From IMG/VR virus record IMGVR_UViG_3300010382_000019, positions 263-64,262 of that record: DNA of 64,000 bases, one strand, 5' to 3'. This stretch comes from a virus. A model generated the notes under the pieces. It was not told where the DNA came from and did no database searches. It worked only from the letters and a program-made list of their open reading frames with translations. A program made the translations under genes and the position numbers. This document shows positions 36,968 to 50,100 of this stretch, piece after piece (position 1 is the first letter of the stretch; each line of letters starts with the position of its first letter).

Positions 36968-37522
36968 ATGTCAGTCAAAAAAATTCAAATAAAGCCACCG
37001 GATAACTCGTATGCAGATGTTCTTCACCCTGAAACGGATAGTACACAGGTATTAATGACAGCAGGAGAAACGCTTGAAACTTTTAAGACAAATACTAATA
37101 ATTCATTGTTAAGCTGCTTGCTAACTACAGGCGGTATAATGTCAGGTGAATTAAACATGGCAGACCAATTGCTTACTAGGGCATATTTGAAGGATTATGC
37201 AGAGACTTTAGTCACTACGCCAGCAACTACAGGTACAGTAACAATAGATCTCACAACAGGAAACAATTTCAATATCACGCCGACAGGTATAGTTACTTTT
37301 GCTATCACTAACTCACCTGCTAGTGGCAGAGTCGGTTCATTTACCTTGATAATTAATATGGGGGCGACAGTTTATACGCCTGTATTCCCTTCGTCTGTTT
37401 CATGGAACGGTGGTACAGCACCAACTTTTATAGCAAATAAAACATCAATACTTGCCTTTACAACAAAAAATGGTGGTGCAAGATGGTATGCAACGAGTGC
37501 AGGCACTAATTTTACAACTTAG
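36968..37522 (+). CDS. Tail fibre distal-type protein
   Basis: DVLHPETDS, TGGIMSG, FPSSVSWNGGTAPT. Confidence 0.55.
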   Translation: MSVKKIQIKPPDNSYADVLHPETDSTQVLMTAGETLETFKTNTNNSLLSCLLTTGGIMSGELNMADQLLTRAYLKDYAETLVTTPATTGTVTIDLTTGNNFNITPTGIVTFAITNSPASGRVGSFTLIINMGATVYTPVFPSSVSWNGGTAPTFIANKTSILAFTTKNGGARWYATSAGTNFTT

Positions 37523-37536
37523 TGAGGTGATATAAA

Positions 37537-38313
37537 ATGTTAGCAAATAGAATTTGGATGAGCGGAAGACCTGCGCCATTTACTTTAGTGTTTAATTCAT
37601 CTCAGACATGGACTGTGCCAGAAAGAGTAGATAAAGTTGATGTTACCATTGTTGGTGGTGGGGGAGCAGGTTCAGAAGGATATATATCAGGTGGAGGAGG
37701 CGGCGGTGGAGGGTATATAACGAACTTGTTTGATGTAGCAGTCACACCGAAAAGTAGCATTAGCATAGTTGTTGGGGCTGGTGGTACAACAACTGGTAGT
37801 AACGGTTCCAGTTCTTCTTTTGGAAGTTATACTGCTAATGGAGGTTATGGGAGTACTTCTGAGAATGGTGGAAATGGAGGTTCAGGCGGTGGCGGTGGTG
37901 ACGAAGCGCAAGAAAACGATGTCACCGTAGGCGGAAATGGTGGAAGTGATGGCTCAGACGGACAACTTGTAGAAGTACGTTATTCACACACAGTAAGCGA
38001 AGGTGGTACAGGACAACATACCTCCACACTAGGAATAAATGATGTACTATACTCAGGTGGTGGTGGCGGTGGCGGTTCAAGATTATATTTTGGCACTTAT
38101 AGAACTGCAAGTCCAGGTACAGGTGGAGATGGAGGGGGCGGAAACGGTGGCTTAGCAACCGTTTATAGAGGTAACCCAGGTTACGTTGGGATTGTAAATA
38201 CAGGCGGAGGCGGAGGCGGTGGTGCTTTTAGTGAAGGTTCCAGCTATATGGAGGACTGTGGAGCCGGTGGAGCAGGAGGAAGCGGAATAGTAATAGTAAA
38301 ATTTAATGGATAG
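37537..38313 (+). CDS. Glycine-rich tail fibre domain protein
   Basis: WTVP..VDVTIVGGGGAG, NTGGGGGG, GGSGIVIVK. Confidence 0.75.
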   Translation: MLANRIWMSGRPAPFTLVFNSSQTWTVPERVDKVDVTIVGGGGAGSEGYISGGGGGGGGYITNLFDVAVTPKSSISIVVGAGGTTTGSNGSSSSFGSYTANGGYGSTSENGGNGGSGGGGGDEAQENDVTVGGNGGSDGSDGQLVEVRYSHTVSEGGTGQHTSTLGINDVLYSGGGGGGGSRLYFGTYRTASPGTGGDGGGGNGGLATVYRGNPGYVGIVNTGGGGGGGAFSEGSSYMEDCGAGGAGGSGIVIVKFNG

Positions 38314-38326
38314 GGGGGAAAGTAGC

Positions 38327-38704
38327 ATGAAATATGCAATGATAAAAAATGGTATAGTAGATAATATTATAGTTGCCGATTATACAATGGCACAAATATT
38401 GGCACAAACACAGGGTTATAATGAGGCTGTTAACTGTGATAATTACCCTATAACCATAGGTGATTTGTATGAGAATGGTAGCTTTATGAATGCAAATGAT
38501 GTGAAAGACGAATTAGGGAATATACTTATTCCTGCAAGAACAGTAATATCCCGAGAACTCTCAGCAGAAGAAATAACTAAGAACTTAGAGGCATATAATT
38601 TGTTCTTGGGGCAAATGATGACAGACAGAGAACTTGATGCCATAGAGCAAGGACAGTATAGTACAGAATTGGAACTAAGAATATTATCATTGGAGGGTGT
38701 ATAA
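38327..38704 (+). CDS. Tail fibre assembly-type protein
   Basis: MKYAMIKNGIVDNIIV N-terminus; precedes the XkdX-like gene. Confidence 0.55.
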   Translation: MKYAMIKNGIVDNIIVADYTMAQILAQTQGYNEAVNCDNYPITIGDLYENGSFMNANDVKDELGNILIPARTVISRELSAEEITKNLEAYNLFLGQMMTDRELDAIEQGQYSTELELRILSLEGV

Positions 38705-38705
38705 T

Positions 38706-38837
38706 ATGTTTGAAAGAATACAATTAAGATATAATAAAGGTTGGATAACTTTGTCACAGTTACACCGCTATGTAGAACTTGGAGTATTGACTCCAGCAGA
38801 ATATAAAACAATTTGTGACGAAGATTATGTAGCATAA
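38706..38837 (+). CDS. XkdX-family small protein (43 aa), not in ORF track
   Basis: MFERIQLRYNKGWITLSQLHRYVELGVLTPAEYKTICDEDY. Confidence 0.8.
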   Translation: MFERIQLRYNKGWITLSQLHRYVELGVLTPAEYKTICDEDYVA

Positions 38838-38889
38838 GAGCTTATTTCTGTAAGCTCTTTTAATTTTCTCTTAAAAGGAGAGTTATAAC

Positions 38890-41088
38890 ATGGCAAATTT
38901 AACAGAAGAACAGAAAACCGAATTAACTAGGTCAGGAGTATTGAAAGACTTGGTCGGCAAATCATGGGATGATCCTGAAGTTCAGAAAAAAGCAAATGAA
39001 TATTATAACTCACCGAAGTTAAGTGGTGGTTCTTCCAACAGTGGTTCATCCGGTGGCTCGTCAAATAATAATACAAAAACTAAGCCGGCATATCCTAAAA
39101 CAATAGACGACTATAAAAATGATTATAATGCTGCAAAAGGGAAAGGTGATTCAACAGGTATGAAAGCTGCCAACGATGCAGCTAACGCTATAAGAAGGGC
39201 AACAGGGCAGAGAGAAGAATTTGCGAATGTTGATATAGCAAGTGTGGCAAATGCAAATAAAATAACTCCAACCTATAAATATTCAACTCCAGTAAAAACA
39301 ATAGAGGACTATAGTAACGATTATGCTATTGCTAAGGCAAAAGGTGATTCAGCAGGAATGAAAGCTGCCAACGATGCAGCTAACGCTATAAGAAGGGCAA
39401 CAGGGCAAAAGGAGCAAATTGCTAATGTTGATATAGCAAGTGTAGCAAATGCGAATGTAAATAGGACAATCCCGGGGGCAAGTTCGGATATTAAACCTAC
39501 TCCAATAATTTCAACCGCTGATGTTCCTACACAAGCCAGGCTAGAAAGAGCATTGGAAAGTGGCAATATAGTAGATAAAGGTAATTACTATGCTGTAATG
39601 GAAGATGGTAAACAAATTGCCAGTATTGCCAAATCTGCCATAGGCGATTATCTGGATGTAAATGGTGGCATCAAGAACAGCATAAGTGATCCTGACATAC
39701 CGGGGCTTACAAGACAGCAGGAAATTATAAGCATGAAAGTTAATGTTGCAGATTTGTTAAGGCAGTATCAAAGTGCAACAGACCCGGCAGAAAAAGAGAA
39801 TTTGCTAAGTAAGGTTGACAATGCATTTCGTGAACTAATGAAGGCTGGAGCATTTAGTTATCCTGGCAATAAGAGCGTTTATGATAAATATAATCCTGCT
39901 GACTTCGATTATGGTGGTAAGTTTAATAATCCTACATCTGAATATAAAAGTAGCACGAGACAGGTAAAAGCATATAGAAGCAGCATGGGACAATTAAATA
40001 GCGATACATCAGATACAACAAGTAATGCCGTAACTTCCTTAAATAATCTCGATAAATATAGAACAATAGCAGAAGGCATGTTAAAACCTCAGTTTGATAA
40101 AGCTGTAGAAGAACAAATGAAGGTATTAACTAATAGAATGGTTGCACAGGGCTATCAAGGGCAGATGCCAGCAGAAGCAATGAGGGTAGAAATAATGTCC
40201 AACCTTCAAGCTGATTTCCAGTCCCAGGTATCTACATTGGCACAGCAGTTAATGCAACAGGATATTGCAAATGAAAGATATGCCGATGAAACAGCATATA
40301 ACAGGAGCAGGGATGCAATAGCTAATACAAGGTACAATACTGAGTATGCGGATCAACGTGAAGATATCAACTACGAAAGAACACAGAATGAGCTAGACAA
40401 ATCTCAAAAGAGAGAAATTGATAACATAATGATGTATTACAGCGATTTAAAAGCCGAAGCCGACAGGAGAAAATCAACTCCTGACACTTCCGATGATTTT
40501 CTAATTCCTTATTTACTAGCATTAAGAGAGGAAAAGAAAATAACCGAAGGCTTGGACGATAACGGGAAGAAGATTTCATCAGGTGGAAAGCTCACCTATG
40601 ACCAAGCATTAAAGCTATGGCAGACATATGGAGTTGCAACAAAGGGAATAGCAGATGTATTAGGTGTTGAAGTGGGAGCAAAGACCGAGGATTACCTAAA
40701 TACGGAATATGATATAAAAAAGCCATATTACAAAGAAAGTAGCGGCTCAAGTGGGAGCAATTCAACTGATAAAGCATTAAATGCTTACTACGATGGGTTT
40801 ATAGCTGAGAACATGAATACCGATGGAGAATCACTTTATGCTAATTTGGTAAACAATCAGTCGGCATATATAGAAAAAATGGGTTCGGCAAACTTTACAA
40901 AGGCTGTAAAATTTGCAAGAGATAAATATTACCAAACTGTAATAAGCAGATGGAGAGGTAACGAGAGTGGTTTGCTTAAAGAAATACAGAGTAAACCGGA
41001 ATACTATCAAAATGTGCTTGGGATTGAGAACTATAACAAGATGATCAATGAACTTGGGAAAACTAAAGCATCTTCAGACGGATGGTAA
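38890..41088 (+). CDS. Putative internal virion/DNA ejection protein
   Basis: 66-aa duplicated motif (MKAANDAANAIRRATGQ), helical and low-complexity; precedes the giant protein. Confidence 0.55.
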   Translation: MANLTEEQKTELTRSGVLKDLVGKSWDDPEVQKKANEYYNSPKLSGGSSNSGSSGGSSNNNTKTKPAYPKTIDDYKNDYNAAKGKGDSTGMKAANDAANAIRRATGQREEFANVDIASVANANKITPTYKYSTPVKTIEDYSNDYAIAKAKGDSAGMKAANDAANAIRRATGQKEQIANVDIASVANANVNRTIPGASSDIKPTPIISTADVPTQARLERALESGNIVDKGNYYAVMEDGKQIASIAKSAIGDYLDVNGGIKNSISDPDIPGLTRQQEIISMKVNVADLLRQYQSATDPAEKENLLSKVDNAFRELMKAGAFSYPGNKSVYDKYNPADFDYGGKFNNPTSEYKSSTRQVKAYRSSMGQLNSDTSDTTSNAVTSLNNLDKYRTIAEGMLKPQFDKAVEEQMKVLTNRMVAQGYQGQMPAEAMRVEIMSNLQADFQSQVSTLAQQLMQQDIANERYADETAYNRSRDAIANTRYNTEYADQREDINYERTQNELDKSQKREIDNIMMYYSDLKAEADRRKSTPDTSDDFLIPYLLALREEKKITEGLDDNGKKISSGGKLTYDQALKLWQTYGVATKGIADVLGVEVGAKTEDYLNTEYDIKKPYYKESSGSSGSNSTDKALNAYYDGFIAENMNTDGESLYANLVNNQSAYIEKMGSANFTKAVKFARDKYYQTVISRWRGNESGLLKEIQSKPEYYQNVLGIENYNKMINELGKTKASSDGW

Positions 41089-41120
41089 ACATAAAACTCT
41101 TTTAAAGGAGAGTGAGCTAA

Positions 41121-44100
41121 TTGGGGAACGATACAAAGAAATATACAATAGGCAGTGGCAACGACTTAGAATTGTTTAAGAAGAAGTTTAGCAGTAGTGC
41201 GACTGAAACCGAAAAAGATATAATTGCATATGAAGCAGATAATATGCTGTATAGCAACAAGGAGCCGGAAAGCAATAATGCTACCGGCTCTGTTTATGCT
41301 GCAAGGGCAATCATGAACATGTTGAAAAATAAGGTACAGGGGAAAGAGTCAGCAGGGGCAGGACCAAGGGCAAATACTGTTCCTACAAGTACATCTACGC
41401 ATACGATTTCACCTACACCATTGAAACATTACTCTCAAAATATGGCTATTGGCAGAAACAACAGCCCCGAACAGGTAAAGAAAATACAGAACGCTTTAGG
41501 TATAAAGGCAGATGGCATATACGGTTCCGAAACAAGAGCCGCAGTTATAAGATTTCAGAGAGATAATGATTTATTGGTAGATGGTATCGCAGGGCCTCAA
41601 ACATTAGGTAAGCTTTTTAGATATGCAAATGGAACAGGTATGGAGGATAAATATTCTGCATATGCTGATACATCTATTGCAAAAAGGGATTTGAATTCTT
41701 CGGCTGTAATTCCATCTACAGGCATGGAAAGTAAACAGTCAACATATGATGCGGAACAGATGCTAAAACCTTTTAGTGCAGTTTATAAACCGTCAGAATA
41801 TGGTACGTTGCCTAAGATAGATATTATTAAAAGTGCGTTGGAACAGAAGAAAACGGAAGAAGATAATCAACCTTCATGGGGTGAGGTTGCAAGTTCAGCA
41901 ATTGGGGAAGGAATAGCACAGACACAGGCAGGAATGTTTAACCTCCCCCGTAAGGTTATTGAAGGTGTTTCCATAGGGCTTGATAAAGTATTGCCCGATT
42001 CGATATATAACAAGGAAATGCAAAATAACGACCCCATAAAGAGGGCACTTGATAAGGTGGTAGCAAGCAACGAGCAGAGAGCAGCGCAGTACCAGAAAAC
42101 CTTGGATGCAACTAAGGGACTTAAAAAGTTTGTATCTCTTGGAATAGGTTCAATACCCCAGATATTAATGGCAGGAGTGGGCGGAGCTGCAATGTCCGGT
42201 ATAGGTGGAGCAACAACCTTGGGTAGTTCTTCTGCTATAAGCAAATTACCAACGGCAGCGAAACAATTAATTCCTTTCGGCACATTAGCAGGAAGTGGAT
42301 ATGCAAGAGAAGCAGAAAACGAAGGTGCAAGCTACGGTCAGCAAATGGCTTATGGACTCCTGGGCGGTACTGCCGAAGCTGCAACCGAAGTTCTCCCATT
42401 AGAGAACGCTTTGGATTTATTGAAAAAGTTTGGTGCAGGGAAAATAGCTGAAGAAGGTGCAAAAACACTTATAGGCAAGTATGGAAAAACCGCTATAAAG
42501 GTGATAAAGAACCTTGCATTAGAAGGTTTCCAGGAAGGTGTTATGTCACCATTGAGCAGAGGTGCACAGAAAATGACATACAAACCGGATTTAACTATGT
42601 CCGGTGAGAATGGAGTATTTGACTTACGATCTATGGGCGAAGATGCTTATAGCGGTGTAGCAATGGCTGTTATACTTGGAGCGTTAGGTTTACCATCCAC
42701 GTATGCTTCACATAGACTTGCAGAACAGATGATTGAAAGTGGAAAACCTATAACTCCTAACTCTATACAGAATGAATTAATACCAACTATGCAGCAGGAT
42801 ACCGAGAAAATAGAAGGGGAACAGACAACCGAAATAGGCGGACAGACAGGTGAGCAATCTCCTACGCCAAGGATAGACAACAAGAATACTGTATCGGAAG
42901 TTATAAATAGCAATCCAGTATCATCAATAAATTTTGAGGACTTGGAAAGTACAGGTTTACCAAAAGAATTAGTATATGCTTTAAGGCAGATTAAACTTGG
43001 CACTCTTATACCAAACGATATAGTTTCAAAATATCCTGAGTTACAGAGAATTTTAAATGGTGAAATTTCTGTAGATGATTTTGTTAATGTACTAGATGGT
43101 AGACAACTTATAACCCCAAGCATAGCTTTACCAGAGTTGCAGGAAGGGCAGCTAGATAATGGAGCGGTACAAACTATCAATAACAACAGTTTAATACCTC
43201 AAAACAACACTGAGCAAACAACAATAAATGAAAAAGGACAGGCGATAGAAACTATCGAACAACAGGGTAAAGACACCCCAAAAACTCATATAGAAAATGA
43301 AGTATCCACAAAATTATCCACAAATGATGCAATTGATTCTAAGGTGGGTGATGGTATGGAAAAAGAACCGTGGCAAATGACAAGAGATGAATTTGCCGAA
43401 CATATGGGTTATAATACAATTTATGATGGCGTTAATATACAGGAATTCAACGGTAGGGTCGCAGATATAAGTAATAGTTTGTCAGAAAAAATTGGAAACA
43501 GAATTTCTACTAGATTAAAAACTACTGACTTCCAAAAGGTATTGGACTTCTATAAGAAAAAATTCAATTTATCTGATATTAAAATTGAGTACGATTTACC
43601 TGTTGTGCAAGGGAAACCTCTTGCTGTGGCTGAAATGGGTTTTATTTCTGGAAACGGTAGTATTATTCATTTGCCGAAGAAGGATGCAAGAGTAAAACCA
43701 GAAAAAATATTAGGTTATTTACGGCATGAGATAGAGCATATCAAAGACAATGAAGAAGGATATACTTCTCAGTCAGCAACAAGAAGTAGAGTGAATGAAT
43801 CTCAAGCCAAAGGGAAATCTATACAGCAGATATACAGAGAATACTGGAAAGGACATCATAAAAACTATGATTTGTTTGAGCTTGATTACTATCATAAAGC
43901 TCTTGTACGAGATGCTATTGAAGAAGGCAAGGAGATACCCGATAGTGTACTCATACAATATTCTGATTTAAAGCAGGTTGATGTAAAAGCATATGATGAC
44001 AAAAAAGTATGGGAAATGCCTAAAACAGTATATATACAAAGAAATAGACATAACCCCAATGCTGATAAAGCACATAGGATAATGGTTGAAAAAGCTAAAG

Positions 44101-47100
44101 CCAGAGGCGAACATATACCGGATGAAGTAAAAGCAGATTATCCAGATATATTTGAAACTCCATCTATACAAGAAGGAGTCGGAAAAAAAATAAAGACAAA
44201 TAGAGAAACTCCTCCGGGAGTTTTTTCTATTGGAGATAATCAACAACCTGACACAGCACAACAGCCTACAGCAAAAGAAAAACCGCAAGCAGTAGAAAAT
44301 ATCATCGAAGAAAACAATCAACTTCAAAAGGGCAATAACAAAATATCATATGGCAGAGCAGGCAAAGTTGCTTATGAAAAATGGGGAAACAATGAATATG
44401 TTAATGCAGACCTTAATAAACCCGATGATGAGTATACACAAGCATTTACAAAATTCTTTGAGTTTTACTATAACAAGGGTTTAAATGGTGAAAAATTCCC
44501 TATGTTCAATGAGAGGTTCCCTGTAGGAAAGTATAATTTTCCACCGTTCCTTGAAGATATATTCTATAATGCAGGGATAAAAGACCTGGAAACAAAGAAT
44601 AAAAGAGAAAACCGAAAAGAGGAAGAAAGCGAACAAAATACAGCTACTAACGGAGGAAATAATGAAGAAAGCAAAACAGAAAACAAATTAGAACGTGATG
44701 CCCCTTTCCCAATGACCGAAAATGAAATTCTTGATATAGTAAAAAATTACTTAAATGAACTACAAAGTAATATGGAGCTTGAAGGACTAGACTTTAAAAT
44801 AGTTGATATGGCTTTGTACGGTAGCCGTGTAAGGGGAGACTATACGAAAAATTCCGATATTGATGTTCTCATTGAGTACGAAGGGGATGCAAGAGAAGAT
44901 GACATGTATAATGCTCTTAACTTCTCTGAAACCTATAATGGGAAACTGAAAATAGATGAAATTGAAGTAGATATTAACCCTATAAAAAAAGAAAAGTCGG
45001 GTACAATACGGGAATTTCTTGAGAGAAATAAGAATTTTGTAAAGAGGCCGGAGCTTTTAGGGACCAACAGTACAAAAGAAGAAAAGTCCTCTAAGACATT
45101 AGCAGATTATGGACTTGAAGTTAGAAAAACTAAAACGAACAGGGGTAACGATGTATGGCATGTACCTACTAATGATGAAACAAAGAAGTATCTTTCAATA
45201 TTCCATAAATTAAAGGCAAGGTGGTACAAGCCTCACCCCAAGGCAAAAGCAGTATGGGCATTTAACTATGATCCTACAGAAGATTTGTTAAAGGAATTGG
45301 CCGACTTTGAAGGTGATAATACACAAGAAAATACAGATAATAATGCCGGACAGGAAAGACGAATCATAAATAATGTAAACACAACAAGGGGGGTAAGTGA
45401 TTTATCAAAAGTGTCTGATGAAGGTATCATTGAAGGTATAGACTCCCTCCCAAAATGGATTGATCATTATGGCAAGTCAATAGAGAATTCTACTCCTTAT
45501 AAAGACAATTATAAAGATTTAGAAACACTAATAGCCGAAGCAAGGGAAAGGGGGTTATCCCTTAATAAGCAGCAAAATAACAAACCTTCAAAAGAAAATA
45601 TTGTCAAAAATCAAGAGAAAGAACATAATGAAAACAAAGAGGAAAATACAGGCACAAAGCCAATCAACAATACTGTTAAGCAAATTAAAGAGACATTCCC
45701 CGAAGGACCTGTTAAAAATAACCTCGCATGGCTTGATGCACAAGCAGAATTAGCAAGGCAAAGATTGAAAGAAAGGCACAAAAATATTCGGTTAAATGCC
45801 GGACTCCCTATGGATGATTTAGTTGATTATTCAATAATAGGTGCAGACAAGCTTGCTAATGGAGTAGTAGAGTTTTCGCAATGGTCAAAGGAAATGCTTG
45901 AGGAATTTGGAGATAACTTAAGGTTGTTTCTAAGAGCAATTTATGGGCAATCCGAGGCTATGCTTGAAATGTCACCAGAAGATATACAGGAAATGCTTGA
46001 ATTGGCTAAAAAAGAGGATAATAATACTCTAAAAGATTTGAACAAAACGGATGCTACAGGAACAACGGAAGAAAACATTCCTAATAGTCAGAAAGCGGAG
46101 CATAATGAAAGCAAAGAGGAAAATATAAAAGGTGGTGAAAAAGATGTCAAGCACGGATTATTGGATAGACAAGATGAAAGCATATCTGGAGGAAATGAAG
46201 GAAGAAGAACCTCAGAGGGCGAAAAAGAAACTGGAAAATCCGAAACTGCAAACGCATCTGGAAACACTAGCGGAAGAAGCACGGGACTTGGAACTCGAAC
46301 AACAGGAGATAATAAAAGAACGCAACCCGATAACGGAATATTGGAAGAAACCAGTAAATCAAATAACCCTAGTGGAAAGTCAGAGTTATCAGTATTGGAT
46401 AGCGGACACAGCGAAGGAAATAGCCTGGGATTTGATATATCCAAGAATTTAAACTATAGATTCAAGGATATTGAGTTAGATTTTACAAAGCCAAACTTTA
46501 ATGATAACTATAATGCTATTGAAGTTCTTAAAAAGATTGAGAAAGAGGACAGAGAAGCAACACCAGAGGAACAAACTATATTGTCAAAGTACAAAGGCTG
46601 GGGCGGACTTAAATCTGCATTTGTTGAACCCAAAAGAGGCTTTAATGGGCAACTTCATGGGCTACATCAGGTATTAACTAATGAGGAATTTAACTCTGCA
46701 AAAGCAAGCATTAGGAACGCACATTACACCTCATTGGAACTGATTGAAGCAATTTACAAAGGACTTTCAGCAATGGAATTTAAAGGCGGTAAAATACTTG
46801 AACCTTCAATGGGAACAGGTAATTTCTTTGGTATGCTGCCCCAAGATATAGCTAGTAAATCACATTTGTATGGTGTAGAACTGGATTCTATAACAGGTAA
46901 AATTGCACAAAAATTATATCCAAAAGCTAACATTCAAATATCAGGATTCCAAGATGTTAATTTTAAAGACAATTTCTTTGATGTTGTAATAGGTAATGTA
47001 CCTTTTGGAGAAGCAACACTAAATTATAAGGGTCATGGATATAAACTCCATGACTATTTCTTTGTAAAATCTATCGACAAGCTAAAAGAGGGCGGAATAC

Positions 47101-50100
47101 TTGTATTTATTACATCTAGTGGTACAATGGACAAGCTAAATGATAAAATGAGACAGAAAATTATGTCTCAGGCTGACCTTATAGCTGCATATAGACTGCC
47201 TGACACTTCATTCAAGACTAATGCAGGGACAGAAGTTACAACAGACTTGATTATCCTTCGTAAGCGTGAAGAAGGAAGACCATACGCAGGTGAGGAATGG
47301 CAGAAAGTTGGCAAAATTGAAGGTATTCCAGTAAATGAATATTTCGTTAATCACCCCAAAAATCTTCTTGGCCAATTGGTATATGAGAAAAATATGTATG
47401 CAAAAGAAAGGACTCAACTTAAATCAAATGGCAGAGATGTAATTGCAGAACTCACAGAAGCAATGCAGAAATTACCGCAAATATATTCCAATAAAAAAGG
47501 TGCTGAAGTAAAAGTTGAAAATGGTGAAATTGAAAATACATTTTGTTATAAGAAATTCACTTATGTAGAACATAATGGCGAACTGTACTATGTGAATAAT
47601 GATGTGTTAAAGCCAGTCAAACAAGAAAAACAGAAAATAAAGGATTACATGAAAATAAAAGAAACTTTTATGTCCTTGATTTCTGGGAACAATAAAGCCG
47701 CCGACAGGAAACAGCTAAATGAGTTATATGATAAATTTGTTGAGACAAACGGATATTTGAACTCAGCAAAAAATAGCAAGCCTTTCAGGGAAGATGCTGA
47801 ATATCCAAAGGTAGCCGGTATAGAAATTTACGACTACGAAACTAAAAAGTATAATAAAGCGGAAATTTTCACTAAGGATACTAATATTAAAAAGCGTGTA
47901 GAGAAGGTTGATACTTCCTATGACGCTTTAATTGTTTCTTTGGGGGAAACTGCCAGAATTGATATGAAACGTATGAGTGAATTAACTGGCAAACCAGAGG
48001 AAGTAATAGCCGATGAACTTTCGGAGCACATAACAAAAGACAATGACGGGGATTATCAATTAATTGATGTTTATTTGTCTGGGAATATTAGAAATAAGCT
48101 CAGTCAGGCTAAAAACCTTGCTAAAAGAAATCCTGAATATCAAAAGAATGTAGAACTGCTTGAAAAGGCAATGCCAATAGATAAAAAAGCTGATGAAATT
48201 ACTCCGCAGCTTGGTTCCCCCTGGATTGGTGCTGATTATATAAAAGAATTTTGTAGAGAACTTGGGGTAGATATAGAGGATAGTAGTTTTGGAGTTACCT
48301 ACGAACCATTGAAAGGAACATGGGCTGTTTATACTCCAAAGTCAAAGAACTCTTATAAAAAATACAATCAATATCAAACGAGAGAAATGTCATTCTTCAA
48401 ACTTCTTGAAAACACATTAAACATGAAAACCATTACTATATATGACAAAGATGAAAAAGGACATCGCTATGTAAATACTAAGGGGACAGAAAATGCAAGG
48501 CTCAAAGCGAAAATGCTTAAAGATGCTTTTGAGGAATGGATATTTAAAGACTCAGACCGTAGAAATGCTTTAGTTGAGAGATTTAACAAGTTATTTAACA
48601 GCTACAAGAATATGGAGTATGAAAAAGTAGCTAAATATCTGAGAATGAATGATGTTAAGAATGTCAATCTAAGGGCACATCAACTTAAAGCAGTAGCAAG
48701 AATCATTTACGGGGGGGATACGTTACTAGCGCATGGAGTAGGCTCAGGTAAAACATATGAAATGATTGGGGCTTCACATGAATTGATAAGGTCCGGTGTA
48801 TCCAATAAAAACATGATGGTAGTTCCGAATCACAAGTTAAGCGACTTTGAAGCAGATTATAAAAACATGTATCCAGATGCTAAGATACTTGTCGCTACTA
48901 AAAAAGATTTTGAGCCTGCAAACAGAATAAAATTATTCACAAAGATTGCCTCAAATAATTGGGAATGTATAATAGCACCTCATAGCAGTTTCCGTAAAAT
49001 TCCTATTTCCCCGGAAAAACAAGCTGAATATATCCAAACTGAGGTTGATGAATTAAGAAGTGTTCTTGATGAAATAAGGGTACAATCCGGCAAAAAGGAA
49101 AATACGCGGTTCATAAAAAACCTAGAAAATACCTTAGATAACATGGAGAATAAATTAAAAACACTTCTTGACACACCAAAGGACGAATCTGTTTACTTTG
49201 ATGATATGGGCATTGGAGCATTATTCGTTGACGAAGCACATAACTTTAAGAACTTGGCATTTTACACTAAGTTGAATGTGCCAAACGTTAAAAATTCAGC
49301 TTCACAAAGAGCAGCAGATATGTTTATAAAAACTGGATTGGTAAGGGAACAGGGAGGACGAATAATATTTGCTACAGCAACACCAATTACGAATAGTGTA
49401 TCAGAAATGTATAATATGCTACGGTTTGTTAGTCCATCTACTCTTGAAGAATCTGGAATAAAATCATTTGATGCATGGGCAGCTACATTTGGACAGATTG
49501 AAATGAAAATGGAAATGAGTACTGACAGCAAGTCATTTAGAGCAAAAGAAAGATTTGCTAAATATAAAAATGTTCAAGCAATGGTCGGTATGTTCAGGCA
49601 AGTTGCTGATGTAATAAAAACAAGTGATGTAATTAAAGACTTGCCTACCGCAGAAAGAATAAATGTTGTATCAGAGCCGAATGAATACCTTGAAGAATTT
49701 CTTAATGAAATTACACACAGGATTGAAAAAATAAAAAATAGCGGTAGTGATAGTTCAGACAATATGCTTCTTATAACAAATGATGGCAGAGCCGCAGCGA
49801 CAGACCTCAGATTAGTAAGTAAGCTACTTAATATCCCCAATAAAATCCTTGATATTGAAAACAGTAAAATTAATAAAGCAGTTGAAAACATATACAAGGA
49901 ATACAAGGAAGGAAGCAAGAATAAATTAACACAGCTTGTATTTCTGGATTTTGGAATCAATGAAGGTGGAGGAAGATACGGCTTTAATCTCTATGATGAT
50001 CTTATAAAGAAACTTGTAAATGTCGGCATACCGAGAAAAGAAATTGCTACAATCCATGAGGCAGTAACCGAGCAAGAAAAAGAACAGTTATTCGGTGATA

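Noticed and set aside
35037-38704. Diversity-generating retroelement acting on tail fibres
   Set aside because: No reverse transcriptase in the window, and the repeats are tandem in-frame duplications rather than adenine-variable TR/VR pairs.
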